Program-made: the position numbers and the translations under genes
Part shown: in pieces, positions 52,900-64,000 of the stretch
Layout of the letters: each line of letters starts with the position of its first letter
Position numbering within the stretch: position 1 is the first letter of the stretch
The notes under the pieces: model-generated
Told to the model about the DNA's origin: nothing
The model's database searches: none
Seen by the model: the letters and a program-made list of their open reading frames with translations, nothing else
Assembly (NCBI GenBank): GCA_973851085.1
Contig: OZ316775.1
Coordinates: forward strand, 20,460,001-20,524,000
Source of the DNA: Ptychomitrium polyphyllum
Lineage: Eukaryota
DNA length: 64,000 bases
Direction: 5' to 3'

Positions 52900-55800
52900 G
52901 CACGATGATGATGATGATGGTTGTATAGGGCAGGCAGACAGCAAACGTAGCCGACGTAACGGAGGATCCGGTGGAAATGGCCGTGGTTGCTATTCTGGAC
53001 GCTCGTGACATGATTCCTGCACTCTCGACATTCTTTCTCCAAGCGAAGTCCAAGTTCGGACCATCTCCCGAATGCAAAACTCGGCACAAGTACAATCACA
53101 ATCTCCTTAGAACCCTCCTTGTTAACTATTTACCATCAAAGTCGTGTTTCTTTCTTCTGACTGAACTGCAGAGCATCTTGCAGCTGATTTTCCCTAACCT
53201 CATTCCACAAATGATTCCTGTGGTTTGCAGGGCGTTGACGCTCTTATACAATCGCCTGAAAATCAACTTGCCAAGACTAGTCCAAGAGCTCGAAATTAAT
53301 GAAGAATTTTCGGAACAGGTACTTCTCACTGATCGGTTGGGTTATGACTCTGTGTACGAGATTGTCTTCTCTTCAGAATGGGAAAGATATTTTTTTGCAA
53401 TGACAGTGTCACTGTAGGGCCTGGTTGTTTTATTTTCTTTTTTCTTATGACAAGATGGAAATGATCTCGTGAAAGAGATCTAATTATCAGTGTATCGGTT
53501 GTATCCTTAACTTTAGTCCACTGAACACCATGGCATGATGTGCCACAGCTTCTGCAAGGGTTAGCTCTCGTGGAGGAGGACATGTGTTCTCAGAGCATGG
53601 TACCAGCCCCAGGCTTGATCGAAAACTCATCCATCTCACGTGTGAATGTCGAAGGATCTCTCAAATCGCTTAAGCTTGCTCGCAGCAAAGTTGATGTGCT
53701 TCTTCAACAGGTAGCCTTCTTGTTAATTCAAATCTTTCCCATCTCCATCGCCATGCTGCCAGTGTAACATTTTCCAATTGCCTAAGTTTACTGCCTCCTT
53801 AACTTTGTGGGTCCTCCTCAAATCTGATACTCAAGAGTTGGAATTGAATACTCCTGCAGGTGCCTAGTCAGCTCCTGGAGCTTGCACAATTGGCACGAGG
53901 AGTGCGACCCATGGCTTGAAGCGCCGATTTACAGAAGAAGGCAGTTCAAACTTAACGTCGGCGTAATCTGTTACAAGACAAGGAACTATTGGTTCTGCAT
54001 CTGTATAGTAGTGTACAACATTGGATTGGAAATGAAAGATTGGTATTATGGTAGATTTGCAGGAATTGTACAGCAGAGAAAATGATGGAACCTGGCAAAT
54101 CTGCAGAATCGATTTGTAAGATTTGTATTGCCAAGTGTTGGTCTGTCGCAATGATGGATATGCATGCATTCATGAAGTCGTCATCTGAGTCCAGATCCAG
54201 AATCATTTTGTGTAATAAACAGATTTGATGTATTGGAAACTAGGGCCATTTGTGCATGTTTTCTCACTACAGTAGGAAACAAATATATTTTATGTTCGTA
54301 ACCTATTTTTATACTTGAAGCTTGTTATTTGTGTTTCTGCTGTTAAAGAGCGGGCATCCGTCAAAGTCAGGTCCCAGGGCATCATGCAGCTTGGTGCACT
54401 TACCCAAATTCTTTGAATGCAACATGGCTTGATCCAGCTGATATCGAGTGCCTATTGCCTACATACAGCATAAAACTTAAGTGTCATGCTAAGTCTCACA
54501 GTTTCTGCGTAAAAGTCATTCTAGCACTCACGCCTGCTAACTAAATGATTGGAGTTTGTGTTGGACTTCAGCAACACTTAAGGATCGAGCTCCTTGTTCC
54601 CCACGATTATGTCAGTTATGTCTTTTCGTAAAGCTATTTGCATCGCCACGATTGCTTTCAGACCCTTCTTCCAGTTCTCCGTTGCCTCTGATAAGGCAAC
54701 TTGCGCACAGCGAATGTTGTTAAAGCACTCAAACTTCCTCGATTCCAAAGCGTTGTATCTCAAATGCTCTGGCAATTCTTGAGGTTGCCTGTGGATGCTT
54801 GTGGAGGGGGATCCACACTTATAGCCTGGCTACGCATTATCGACACATTTGATGTGTATCAGCAAGAGACAGCAACTTTTTAAAAAGCTCTTCGTTCATA
54901 ATTTATTAACTTCGTTCGCAAAACCAAGCAGGTGTGTCATTTAGCTATTCATGGTTCAAATTGTGAGGATATGTTTTGTACCTGAGACTCTTCCACATCC
55001 ACCGTAAGGGCAAGGACCCTCTGTGTCACTTCTCGCAGAACTTCAATTGTATGCTCTGATGTGCTTTGGCATTCATAATCCATTTCTGCTCCCCACTTCA
55101 CCCAAAGCTCATACCACCTCTTAGACGTATAACGTAACACAAGCATTCAATCACAAGAACGTAGGACACTAAACAAATTTTCATTGTGCTAGAGTCTGGA
55201 AGCATAATGATACTAAATCTAATAAATACATAATGTACCTGGGTCTTTTCCATCAGAGCAAGTTCTGCTTGCAGAGCCTTGATCTGAAGGTCCTTTGGCG
55301 AAAGAGTACCCTCTTCACCTGCAGTGTGCTTTGATGCGAGGTGAAATGGTTGCGATATCTCTTCCGTATCCATTGCTTGTTCTGCGCGCTCTATCTCTTC
55401 CGCAACCATTGCTTGTTCTGCGTGCTCGTTCTCCATGGTCGTCAGTTGAGCTTCAACCTGTTTGTAGCTTTCAAGAGCCTCGCTGAACAGGTTCTTCCAT
55501 TCCTCCGCTTTTGCTGCAATAGCGGTACATCTCTGCTGAAGTTTTTTCTCCCTCTCCATTCCAGCAGAGATTTGTTCCAATAATTCCCGATGCCTGGTTA
55601 TGTACCAGTTGATCGTTCTCTGCAAAAATCCACTCCTCTCCGCGGCTTCTCGCAAAGTCGCATTCATGAAGTCCACCTAGGAGGCTCAATCCCGTCAAAC
55701 AGGTTTGGCATGAATCATGCAGTGCACCAAATAATTTCTTCCTGCTCTACAAGTGTCTTACTTACTAATACAGAATACGTATGTTGAAATGAGTTGGAAA

Positions 55801-57000
55801 AAAATAGCGTGTACATAAAATACCTGCTCCTCAGTGACGGTAACGTCCATGATTTGGACTCGAATGGGGTGTTCACTGCCCAGTCACACCGCCAATGTTC
55901 ACGGTCCTTGTCTTCCTTTGAAAGGCGTGTAAACGAATCACGATACTTCTTCAGAGGAACTGAAAACTCAAGAGGCATCCACCATTATAGATTAGATCCG
56001 TGGATGCAAATTCTTGCTAAAATCCAACCAATCTCCACACGAGCTAATAGGTCGGTGCTAACCAGGCAAAGCCCAGAACAAACCACGATGACCGTTGCAA
56101 CTAGTTGGAAAATTATTTTCTGGTGATTTCCCCGACGGCATATATCATATTTATGGTACGTAGCAACTGAAGACCCAACCGGGGACCCAAGTCAGCAAGG
56201 AGGATACAAGGAGAGCAGCATACTGGTCAACCTCACCGTGAGAGAAACTCTGGCCTCTCGAACAGACCCTCTGTTTCTTCGTTGAAGTACTTCTCACTCC
56301 TCTCACAGCAAAGTCATCAAGTTGTACACATCAAGCTCTTTCCCCTGGCTCTTCCTACACTTCTCCCTGCACAACCATACATTTCTCCCTGCAGAATCAG
56401 TGTCCCCTGTTTCTGTTTCAAGTACCACAACTTCACGAACGTCACTAAAACTAAGAGAAGTCAGCGTATCAAGCGCTTCTAAAGCATATCAGATGGCATG
56501 ACCACATATGCAAAGCACAACAACAGCTTAAGAACGCAGAAACTTGCAAAAGTTCAAGGAGATCGGTATATTGCTCACCCTCATTGTGAGAGAAACTGGA
56601 GCTTCTGGCACACTGGGCCCTCTTCTTTTTCAGTTGAGTACTTCCCCCTCTACCCCCTAGACTGCTCAACTTGTGCACATCGATCTCGTCAACAGAGCCC
56701 TTCCTACATCATTCCTCAGCGGAATAAAGCACGTCTTCCTTCGATACTGACGTCCCTGTTTCACCAACTCCTCTCCTCTCGCTGGCGCTTCGATGCAGTC
56801 GTGTGTAATCACGTTGGGCAACTTTAACTCACTACTCACTGATCATTGCAGTAAATTTCCAGACCGTGGATCTTCCAAAGTTTTGTACAGTTGGAGCTCC
56901 CAGCATCTGCAATTCCAAAATCCAAGTTCTTACCATTGCTCTTCCAGTGTAACATGCAGGGCCAGTAAGGCAACATGTGAGCTTCAAAGTTGTCTAAAAC
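52900..57000 (-). pseudogene. Degenerate multi-exon coiled-coil gene (best segment 55239-55676)
   Basis: E/K/Q/A-rich heptad-like frame ending at donor CAG|GTAC (55239). Neighbouring exon-like segments contain stops or frameshifts. Boundaries are approximate. Confidence 0.4.
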
Positions 57001-57879
57001 TTTGCCTTCATTTTCTGAGTTTTCCGCAGGAAGCAGTTTTTCTGATGTGTGATTCCGTCATAACTTCATGTTCAAATCATATTCGTGGTAGATTTGTCAG
57101 CATGCCTTAATTAACAATTCCACCAATCTTTTGACTCTGGCTCCACTTGGGGTTTCAACAGGCTTTTGTGAATTTAGTTGTGTATTTTTCATTATATAAG
57201 TTGTAGTCTTAGTCTTTAATTTTCACCTTTGCAGTTGAACTTGGTAACATTGTTGTAGTAATTAGTAAAGTCTACTGTCATCTAAATAATATTTTATAAG
57301 ACTAATATGTCTAATATTTACAAGAAGTTTCCTTTTGGATACCACTGCTATGCTTTGGTACTACTACTGTCGTCTTCTGGTACTACTTGATTACAATAGT
57401 GTTGCCTAACATCAATATCTTTTTACAAGATCTGTTTAAGATTTTTTAAAGATTTCAATTTTACTCTTGTACAGCCTAGCCCTCTTTTTGATGGCTATTG
57501 TACCAATTGATTGTACTATTGATCTACACCACCACCAAGTGGCACAAACATCTCTCAGGGACAATATCATTAGCTTAGCTCTACTGTTGATGTTCTATTG
57601 TACCTATGGATTGTACTTGTACTTGACATCAATACCATGTGGTGCAAATTTTTCCTAGAGATAGTACCACTCATGTACAGGTTGAGTATAAAGTTGTTTT
57701 GCTGTCATTGTATTGCATTGAATTACTATTTGATGTTTTTCTTAATATCAATTCTAATGGTATTTTACTTGATTCCAATATTCTTCAATGCTTTTATATT
57801 ACAAAGTTCTAATATTACTTGCTTTGAATATGATATGTCACAATAATATCACTTGATGGTGTAATATTATATAATATTT

Positions 57880-57980
57880 TAATACTCCATACCTACATAT
57901 TCCATGCCTACATACTTTATATTTATATATTTCATATTTACATACTCCATACTTACATACTTTATACTTACATACTCTAA
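57880..57980. repeat. Low-complexity imperfect tandem repeat (CATACT.. units) in an AT-rich tract
   Basis: Repeated catactccata / catactttata / cttacatac units. Confidence 0.7.
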
Positions 57981-58960
57981 TTCTCCAACACTAAATATTT
58001 AGTATATGGCAAATCCATTAATGGATTTTAATTCCTTGCAATTTAATAAACATTTATATAATAAAAAGTTGTTCTTTCTTAATTTTTTGATGTTAATGGA
58101 AAAAATTAAAATTAAAATTTCTACATCTAATGTTTAAACAACCTTAGCATTTTATAACCAATACAATATTCTTTATATATAAGATATTAAATTTTTCAAA
58201 GTGTATATGCAATGTATTTTGTACACTTCAAATTTGATTTTAAAAAGCATTAATATATAGAATTGTTGATGAACATCATAGATTCATAATTAAATAACAA
58301 ATATGCATTAAAATTTATAAAAAAAAGATGAAGACTTTTTCTCACATTACCTTTTCAAAAAACGCCTACATAACAATGATCGGTGGTAATCCTGCTTATG
58401 TTTCAATGCTAAAAAGGCTTGCAATGAAATAGATGTTTTTTAATTAAGAGCATGAAAAAAAACTAATCTTCAGTTATTCTTGCCTATTCACCATAGCGTT
58501 GAATTAACTTTCAAAATTATTAAAAAATAACAACATTTGTTTATGGTATTCTAAATTTCCAACATATTGTTATATATTAATTTCAGCCCATCTTCAGCAG
58601 CATTATAAAAAATATATGCACATATTCCAAATTAATATCAACTACAAGAAAAAAGACAAAAGATATAAAATACATGGTACTTGGAATTTTGATGGAATCA
58701 AAAGCACAAGTCCTCATTAAAAATCTTAAGAATCCTATGGGTTGCAAAGATGATTCATTATTACATCTTATCAATATAATATTTGAAATACCTATCACCG
58801 CTATCAAGACAACATTTCTTTATACAACTCTTGTATGATCATCTGTACATCAATGTACATTGTTTGCTACTCTTCTATGTTTCTATGAAGCCTTCCAGGT
58901 GTGCTCCATCGCAAGGAAGCCAGAAAGCTCACTAGCATGATGAGTGCCAGAGATGGTGGG

Positions 58961-59808
58961 CTAGCCAAGGTCACCACCTGCACGTCGTCTCTGGAATGTT
59001 TGCAGGATGTTTGTTATCTGCTTCTCATAATCATCCACCTTCTCCTTGTTGAACTGCACTGGTATCCGATCCTGTGGGACCTGTAAATACGGTATCATTC
59101 GGTGCAAGACGTCCTTGTAATGCCTGAGCTTCTGCAGTTGCTCGGCTGACATAGGCTGTACATTGAGGAGAATCCGGTTTATATGATGGACAAGCATCAG
59201 CGACGATCTGAATGAGAATAATCAATTCAATGGTGCCTAAATCCTCTGTTGTCAATCCAGTAGCATTGACAAAGCAAAAGGATGAGGACAAAGGTGTTCT
59301 ATTCGTAATCAATGAACTGGTCAAGTTCTTGCGTTGGGAGCTCGAAAGGTTAAGGAAAGGGATAAATACCTGGTTGCCTCGAGCTGCCAGCATTGCATGA
59401 AGCTCGATCATGCTATTGAGATAAGAGCTTCTCAGAGTTTGAAGCTACAGCACCAAACAAACACATACGTGAATACAAAGTTCAACCATGTCAGCAACAG
59501 CAACATCGTCGTTTAAAGCGAGTTTTACAACCTATTCAAAGACATGAATAAGTAAAAAGTATTGCAATTGGCACAAACAACACACCTTGCTGTATACGAG
59601 ATTCCTTTCATCTTCGGCGGTCCATGCTCCATCCTGCTTTCGTAAGCAAACAAATCAAAACCACTCCCACGACCAACATCCTAATAAAAACGCTGTACCC
59701 CAGCAACATCCAACACCAAAGCCATCACGAAGAAGCAGAAGCAAGGGTTTCCATTACTATCCCAGCTAAAACTAGACTACGCAATCTAACCTCAGAGCAG
59801 GTGGACAT
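58961..59808 (-). CDS. 111-aa protein consisting of a MED15-like central helical domain only; exons 59791-59808, 59586-59633, 59370-59444, 58961-59155
   Basis: Three phase-0 GT-AG introns join MSTCSE|DGAWTAEDERNLVYSK|LQTLRSSYLNSMIELHAMLAARGNQ|PMSAEQLQKLRHYKDVLHRMIPYLQVPQ...KEKVDDYEKQITNIL. This resembles the plant MED15 DW..EVY.K / EQLEKLK..K.ML..FLQV.K...KEK...YEKQI segment. Confidence 0.75.
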
Positions 59809-61814
59809 GAGCGATGCGATTGGGTTGAGCAAGCGATTTCTGATGTTGCAAAAGGATATGAGACAGTGTGGCTGTACTAGCTTTTACAACGAAACCATAC
59901 GACACCAGAATATTTATCTCGCAATCGCAAGTGTGCAGACGACGGAAGCAGCGTCGATCGATCAGCCTGTACCGACACAACGCGGACACCGTCACCAGAC
60001 AGAAGGGACACTTGGAGTGTGTTCAAAATCCCAACAATAGCTTTAGTGCAAAAACTATCTTACTATAAGATGTTATTTGGACCTAGGACAAAAGAAACAA
60101 CTACAAATATAAACTTTTAATTCAAAAATCTTATATATAATTATACATATCTTCCATATATTGCCATAACTTTCATAATTTTTATATCTTATCATAACTA
60201 TAGAGGTTGCTATAATGCAATATTTTTTGCATATTTCTACCCAATATTACCTATTTCTTTAAATTTTGTTAATTAAAAACCAAACGAAACAGGAAGAATC
60301 TGACAAAAGATAATATCACAAATTTTCCAAAGGCAAATGCTCAACATTTCAATGCCTAATAAGTTGCAAGATATATGTAAAAAACACAAGAAAAATTCAA
60401 GGTCCCACATGATTTTCATTCTACTTAAAAATTTTGAACTTAAATTATAATTGCATTTTATCTCAAACAAGGACTATACGCCTAGAATACATACTAACCC
60501 CTTGGGGACCTAAGTATCGGGTCTAATAGGAGCACTCAGTTTCCACCAATCATTCGATGGACCAGAGTTATCCTTCTACTTTTTACAAAGTTTTGATAAA
60601 CTTTGTAACGAACAACTTTTCCATAAAAATCCTATAACGAAAATAATGACCTCGGTCCTAAATTACACCAATATCAGATAATACCAAAAGTTTCTAAACA
60701 TAAATTGGAGTTCGTTTCCAAGTTCCAAAATGCTAATATTGAGCCAAAAAGCATTGTAAAGGACTCAGATGTGCATCTATACAAATGATGATGCCAGACT
60801 ACCATGGTCTTTCACGTTGCAAAATGATGAGGTTCGTAGGTGTCCCTAATTTGCATGTGGTGGTAATCAAATTATACTTCTTGTCAAGCACCAACCATGC
60901 AACTGCAAAAACTCACAACCATATACTTTACCTTCACATGCTAGATGCATTCCAATTGAACTCTTCACGAGAACTTTCCACTTACAGTTCTGGTGTGGAA
61001 CTTTCATGAAGAGAACTATTGCGGCAAGCATACAGTAGCCATGCAAACTAAAGAATTGCAATTGCAAAATGTCCACTACAGTTTTGCCACTCATCAACAT
61101 AAGTCTCCAGGAGCTAAATACAAGAGGTTTTCATTCTGGTCACCGAGAGCATGCTTGCAGAACCAAACCTTAAAAAAGATTCAGAATCTCACACTCTACA
61201 GCAAACAATGCATGACAACAATGCCTCAACCAATCATGGAGAGAGTTTGGAAACCTGCGTGACGACGTCGGAGCCAAACCTCCCACGACGGAATCGAAGT
61301 TACGCTGCGACGGATCGGCTGCGTCGTTCCAATCCATCTGGCGAACCGGCGGCCTCTCATTCATAACGACAACGGACAACTGAACTGAGACGGAGCAAGA
61401 ACTTAGGCTGTCATCGCCGTGACGTAACTTATAACGCAAGCGTTTTTTCGTTTACAAAGGTCCTAGAGGCAGCGACGACAGGACGCCACTCACGTTGGTG
61501 CCTCTCCTAGTTTAATTGAAGCTCCAACGACGACGATGACCCTGAAGTACTGTAGAGCAGGGAGCCACGAGAAGCAATCACAAGCAAAGAAAATCAAGCA
61601 GAATTGCAGTGAAGGAGGTGGGAGAATGCGAGCGCTAAACCCTAGGTACCTCGAAACAAACCCTAGCTCCTCCTCTGTCTGTGTCGCTCTCGCTCTCGTT
61701 CCACCTCACTCTCGATGCTTTGATGGTTGCAAACATGCAATCAACAGTTAATCAGGTCTAGGATTTCAACAAGGAGAAGAAAGCGTCATGCCGTTCACTT
61801 GCACACCTAGGGCT

Positions 61815-62144
61815 TTACTTCTTGAGGCTACCGCGCACGCCAGGTTTCGGCTTCTCTTCGGGCACGGCGGGGCCGGAAGTGGAAGCGGAGCCGTGCAAGT
61901 TGATGAGCTTGTCCTCCTCCCAAGGTAGTTTCGGGTGGCGCGCTTCGTGGTGGATGAACATGCTCTTGACGTCGGGTGCCGTCGCCTTGCACACAGGGCA
62001 CGCTAGCTTCGCGTGTCCGCCTTTGTCCAAGCCCTTACGGTCGACGACTCCCGCCTTGCCCCCGCCGCGATTCGTTGTCGCTGCGTCGATCTTGGCTTGA
62101 ATTTCCTTGGCTGTGTGTTTCTTCGGCTTCGCCTTGCCTGTCAT
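61815..62144 (-). CDS. MBS1: METHYLENE BLUE SENSITIVITY 1-like small C2H2 zinc-finger protein
   Basis: MTGKAKPKKHTAKEI.AK.DAA.TNRGGGKAG..DR...GHAK..CP.CK..APD.KSM..HHE.RHPK...GVRGSLKK is the MBS family signature. Confidence 0.93.
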   Translation of the reverse strand: MTGKAKPKKHTAKEIQAKIDAATTNRGGGKAGVVDRKGLDKGGHAKLACPVCKATAPDVKSMFIHHEARHPKLPWEEDKLINLHGSASTSGPAVPEEKPKPGVRGSLKK

Positions 62145-62367
62145 CTTTGCAGTGCTCCACTCTCTGTTCTGTTCTGTTCTGGTCTCTCCCTCTCTCGCTC
62201 TCCTCCCACGCCCTCAACTAGAAATCAATTTGACCTGATTCTTACTAGGTCTGGAAGGGAAGACGGGAGAGGAGAGGCAAGAGGGGCAACAGCAACAAGA
62301 GAGGCGCCAAGAGGAGGTAAAAGTCGAGGAAGTGAAGGCAACCCATCAAGTGGTCGCCAGGCAAGGG

Positions 62368-62376
62368 AAACCCTAA
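62368..62376. promoter_or_regulatory. Telo-box (AAACCCTAA) upstream of MBS1, with a nearby site-II-like TGGGCC
   Basis: Motif match about 225 bp upstream of the ATG. Short motif. Confidence 0.35.
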
Positions 62377-63308
62377 CGATCAAAGCGGACTCACCATGGA
62401 TTGGCTCGGCAATGGCTGACTAGGTTTCCAGCCAGCGCTTGCAAGGTAGGCCCGCTTGAGCACATTCTCAATTTCCAACGTATGTTCAGTTTCCGTCCCT
62501 CTTCGTCCATTATTCTCCGGTGATCACTTAGTGACAGTTCTGGACGAGGTCACTATTGGGCCTTATTATAACCCAGTTGCAAATATTATGATTATATTTT
62601 GTTCTGCTAGGATCATCACGAATCTAAACATTCTGCCTACCGATCTCTCTGTAGTCTGAAGTTAGCTTCATGCACAAGTCCAGTCTCCTTCCGGGGCGAT
62701 GAACATCGTTGTGAAGAATGTCTCTACCGTCCGCTGGACGATTTCAAAAGTGTGTTTGGCCTTTCGGACGTAGTCATTAATGAACTAAGCCGACTGAAGT
62801 TAGCTTGTTGAATGCACAGTAGGATTTTACAACTACAGTCGAAGCTCTGCAGAATCTCACTGCTTCTTCTCAAAATTGAATTAAACGTGCAGAACAGCTT
62901 TCAGTTTTCCATTCGAGAGAATGACATGTAGGTTTCTCGATCGACTGCGTCCGACATTGAAGTTTTAGATGATAACGTACCTCCAGCAGGATAACTTTCT
63001 TCTTTTCGTGCAAAAATCTTGGAATTAATTCCTTTGGAAACTAATTTGTGCATCTTCAACAAGAACGGCTTGTGCATGTGATAAATTGCAGCACGACTGG
63101 AACATTCTTTATTTTCATAATTACATGTCTTCCTCTCCAGTAACCAGCCTTTCCGTTCCATCCTGGCGAGTCTTGGAAGATGTCGCCGTCATTGAATCAT
63201 GGGTGCATTATCGACAGTGCTTCATGCGATGGTCATGTCAAAAGAGGACTTATTTATGTCCTTGCAAATGAGCCCCGATGCTTTGTGAGTGTAATCAACA
63301 GAACGGAA

Positions 63309-63839
63309 TCACAGGGATGCTAAATGCTGAGTGTTACTCTTGGTACTAAACAAGCGGTTGAGAATTGCAGCAAGCCTGACGCCTCCTTGTGCTAGTCTAG
63401 TCTCCACAATCGGCAACCGAGAGGAAATAATCATCTGCAAAACACGAATGTTTTCAAAGGTGTCAGGCATGCATTCCAAATGGACAAGATTCAGGTTCGA
63501 TTTCGTACTAATAACCTGGAAAGAAGATCACCTGCTAGAGTAAATCCAGGAGTGGCGTTTCTGTAGGCATGCTGGCAAGCTAAACTGATACCTTCATTTG
63601 CGTACCTGCACACCAGAACCTTAAAATCTCAGAATTTTCTCCAGTAGGTACAGTAGACAAAAGCTGGTGTATGCAAGTGGGCAGTTTGTTAAAGAACAGG
63701 AGTAGCGAGAATAATTCATGATCATCTCTTGTTTCAAGTACTGTCATCAGAACGTAGTAGCTGCAACTTACTGGTCAGGGCAAGCAATTTCTCCATTTGA
63801 GCATTCACCCCACAACTGCGCTTGTCCGACTCAATTATT
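63309..63839 (-). pseudogene. 3' exons of an S1/P1 nuclease (ENDO/BFN family), disrupted; the gene continues past the window end
   Basis: Exons 63772-63839 (NN*VGQAQLWGEC...ACPD), 63532-63605 (YANEGISLACQHAYRNATPGFTLA) and 63309-63434 (DDYFL / SRLPIVETRLAQGGVRLAAILNRLF). There is a TGA at 63833-63831 and a frameshift at about 63420. Confidence 0.85.
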
Positions 63840-64000
63840 CTATACAAACCCAGATGTGAATCAGTAATAGCACCACAAACTTCGTATGATGACTATTTAC
63901 AAAAACCACCAAGGAAATACCAGGGGAATATCAGGGGGATACCAACAAACAGAAGCATCGCATTTAGTGAAGTTGAAAGAAATAAGAAAAGGTCGGGAGG

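Noticed and set aside
52971..53417. 148-aa plus-strand ORF
   Set aside because: No family recognised; more consistent with the antisense frame of the decayed minus-strand coiled-coil locus.
62656..62806. Possible C/D snoRNA (GATGA...CTGA) between two CTGAAGTTAGCTT copies
   Set aside because: Box C is imperfect, and I could not identify a convincing terminal stem or rRNA guide.
1..64000. CRISPR arrays, prokaryotic operons or intact transposases/retroelements
   Set aside because: None seen: the window is intron-rich plant DNA without regularly spaced repeats or RT, integrase or transposase motifs.

Overview
Eukaryotic land-plant DNA with short GT-AG introns and AT-rich intergenic tracts. The gene content and F-box style suggest a moss; this is an inference. 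Intact spliced genes: cytosolic pyruvate kinase (+), a small DPB3/NF-YC-type histone-fold protein (+), alpha-N-acetylglucosaminidase (-, 19 coding exons, with an intronic tRNA-His and a 100-N gap), two NPSN SNARE paralogs (+) flanking an EDR2-like PH-START-DUF1336 gene (-), and a 4-exon, 111-aa gene consisting only of a MED15-like central helical domain (-). Intronless genes: a C1orf52-like protein, MBS1, an orphan 167-aa ORF, and two inverted paralogs of a basic Cys/His protein with acidic W-x-x-V tails. Degenerate sequences: a third copy of the Cys/His gene, an F-box/kelch relic, four copies of an unidentified minus-strand gene ('family X'), a coiled-coil gene, and the 3' end of an S1/P1 nuclease carrying a nonsense codon and a frameshift. 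Most notable are the stand-alone MED15-domain mini-gene, a perfect 26-bp inverted repeat bracketing the EDR2 start codon and first splice donor, and tandem putative ATG8-interacting motifs in the Cys/His paralogs. All exon structures were read by eye and no searches were run.
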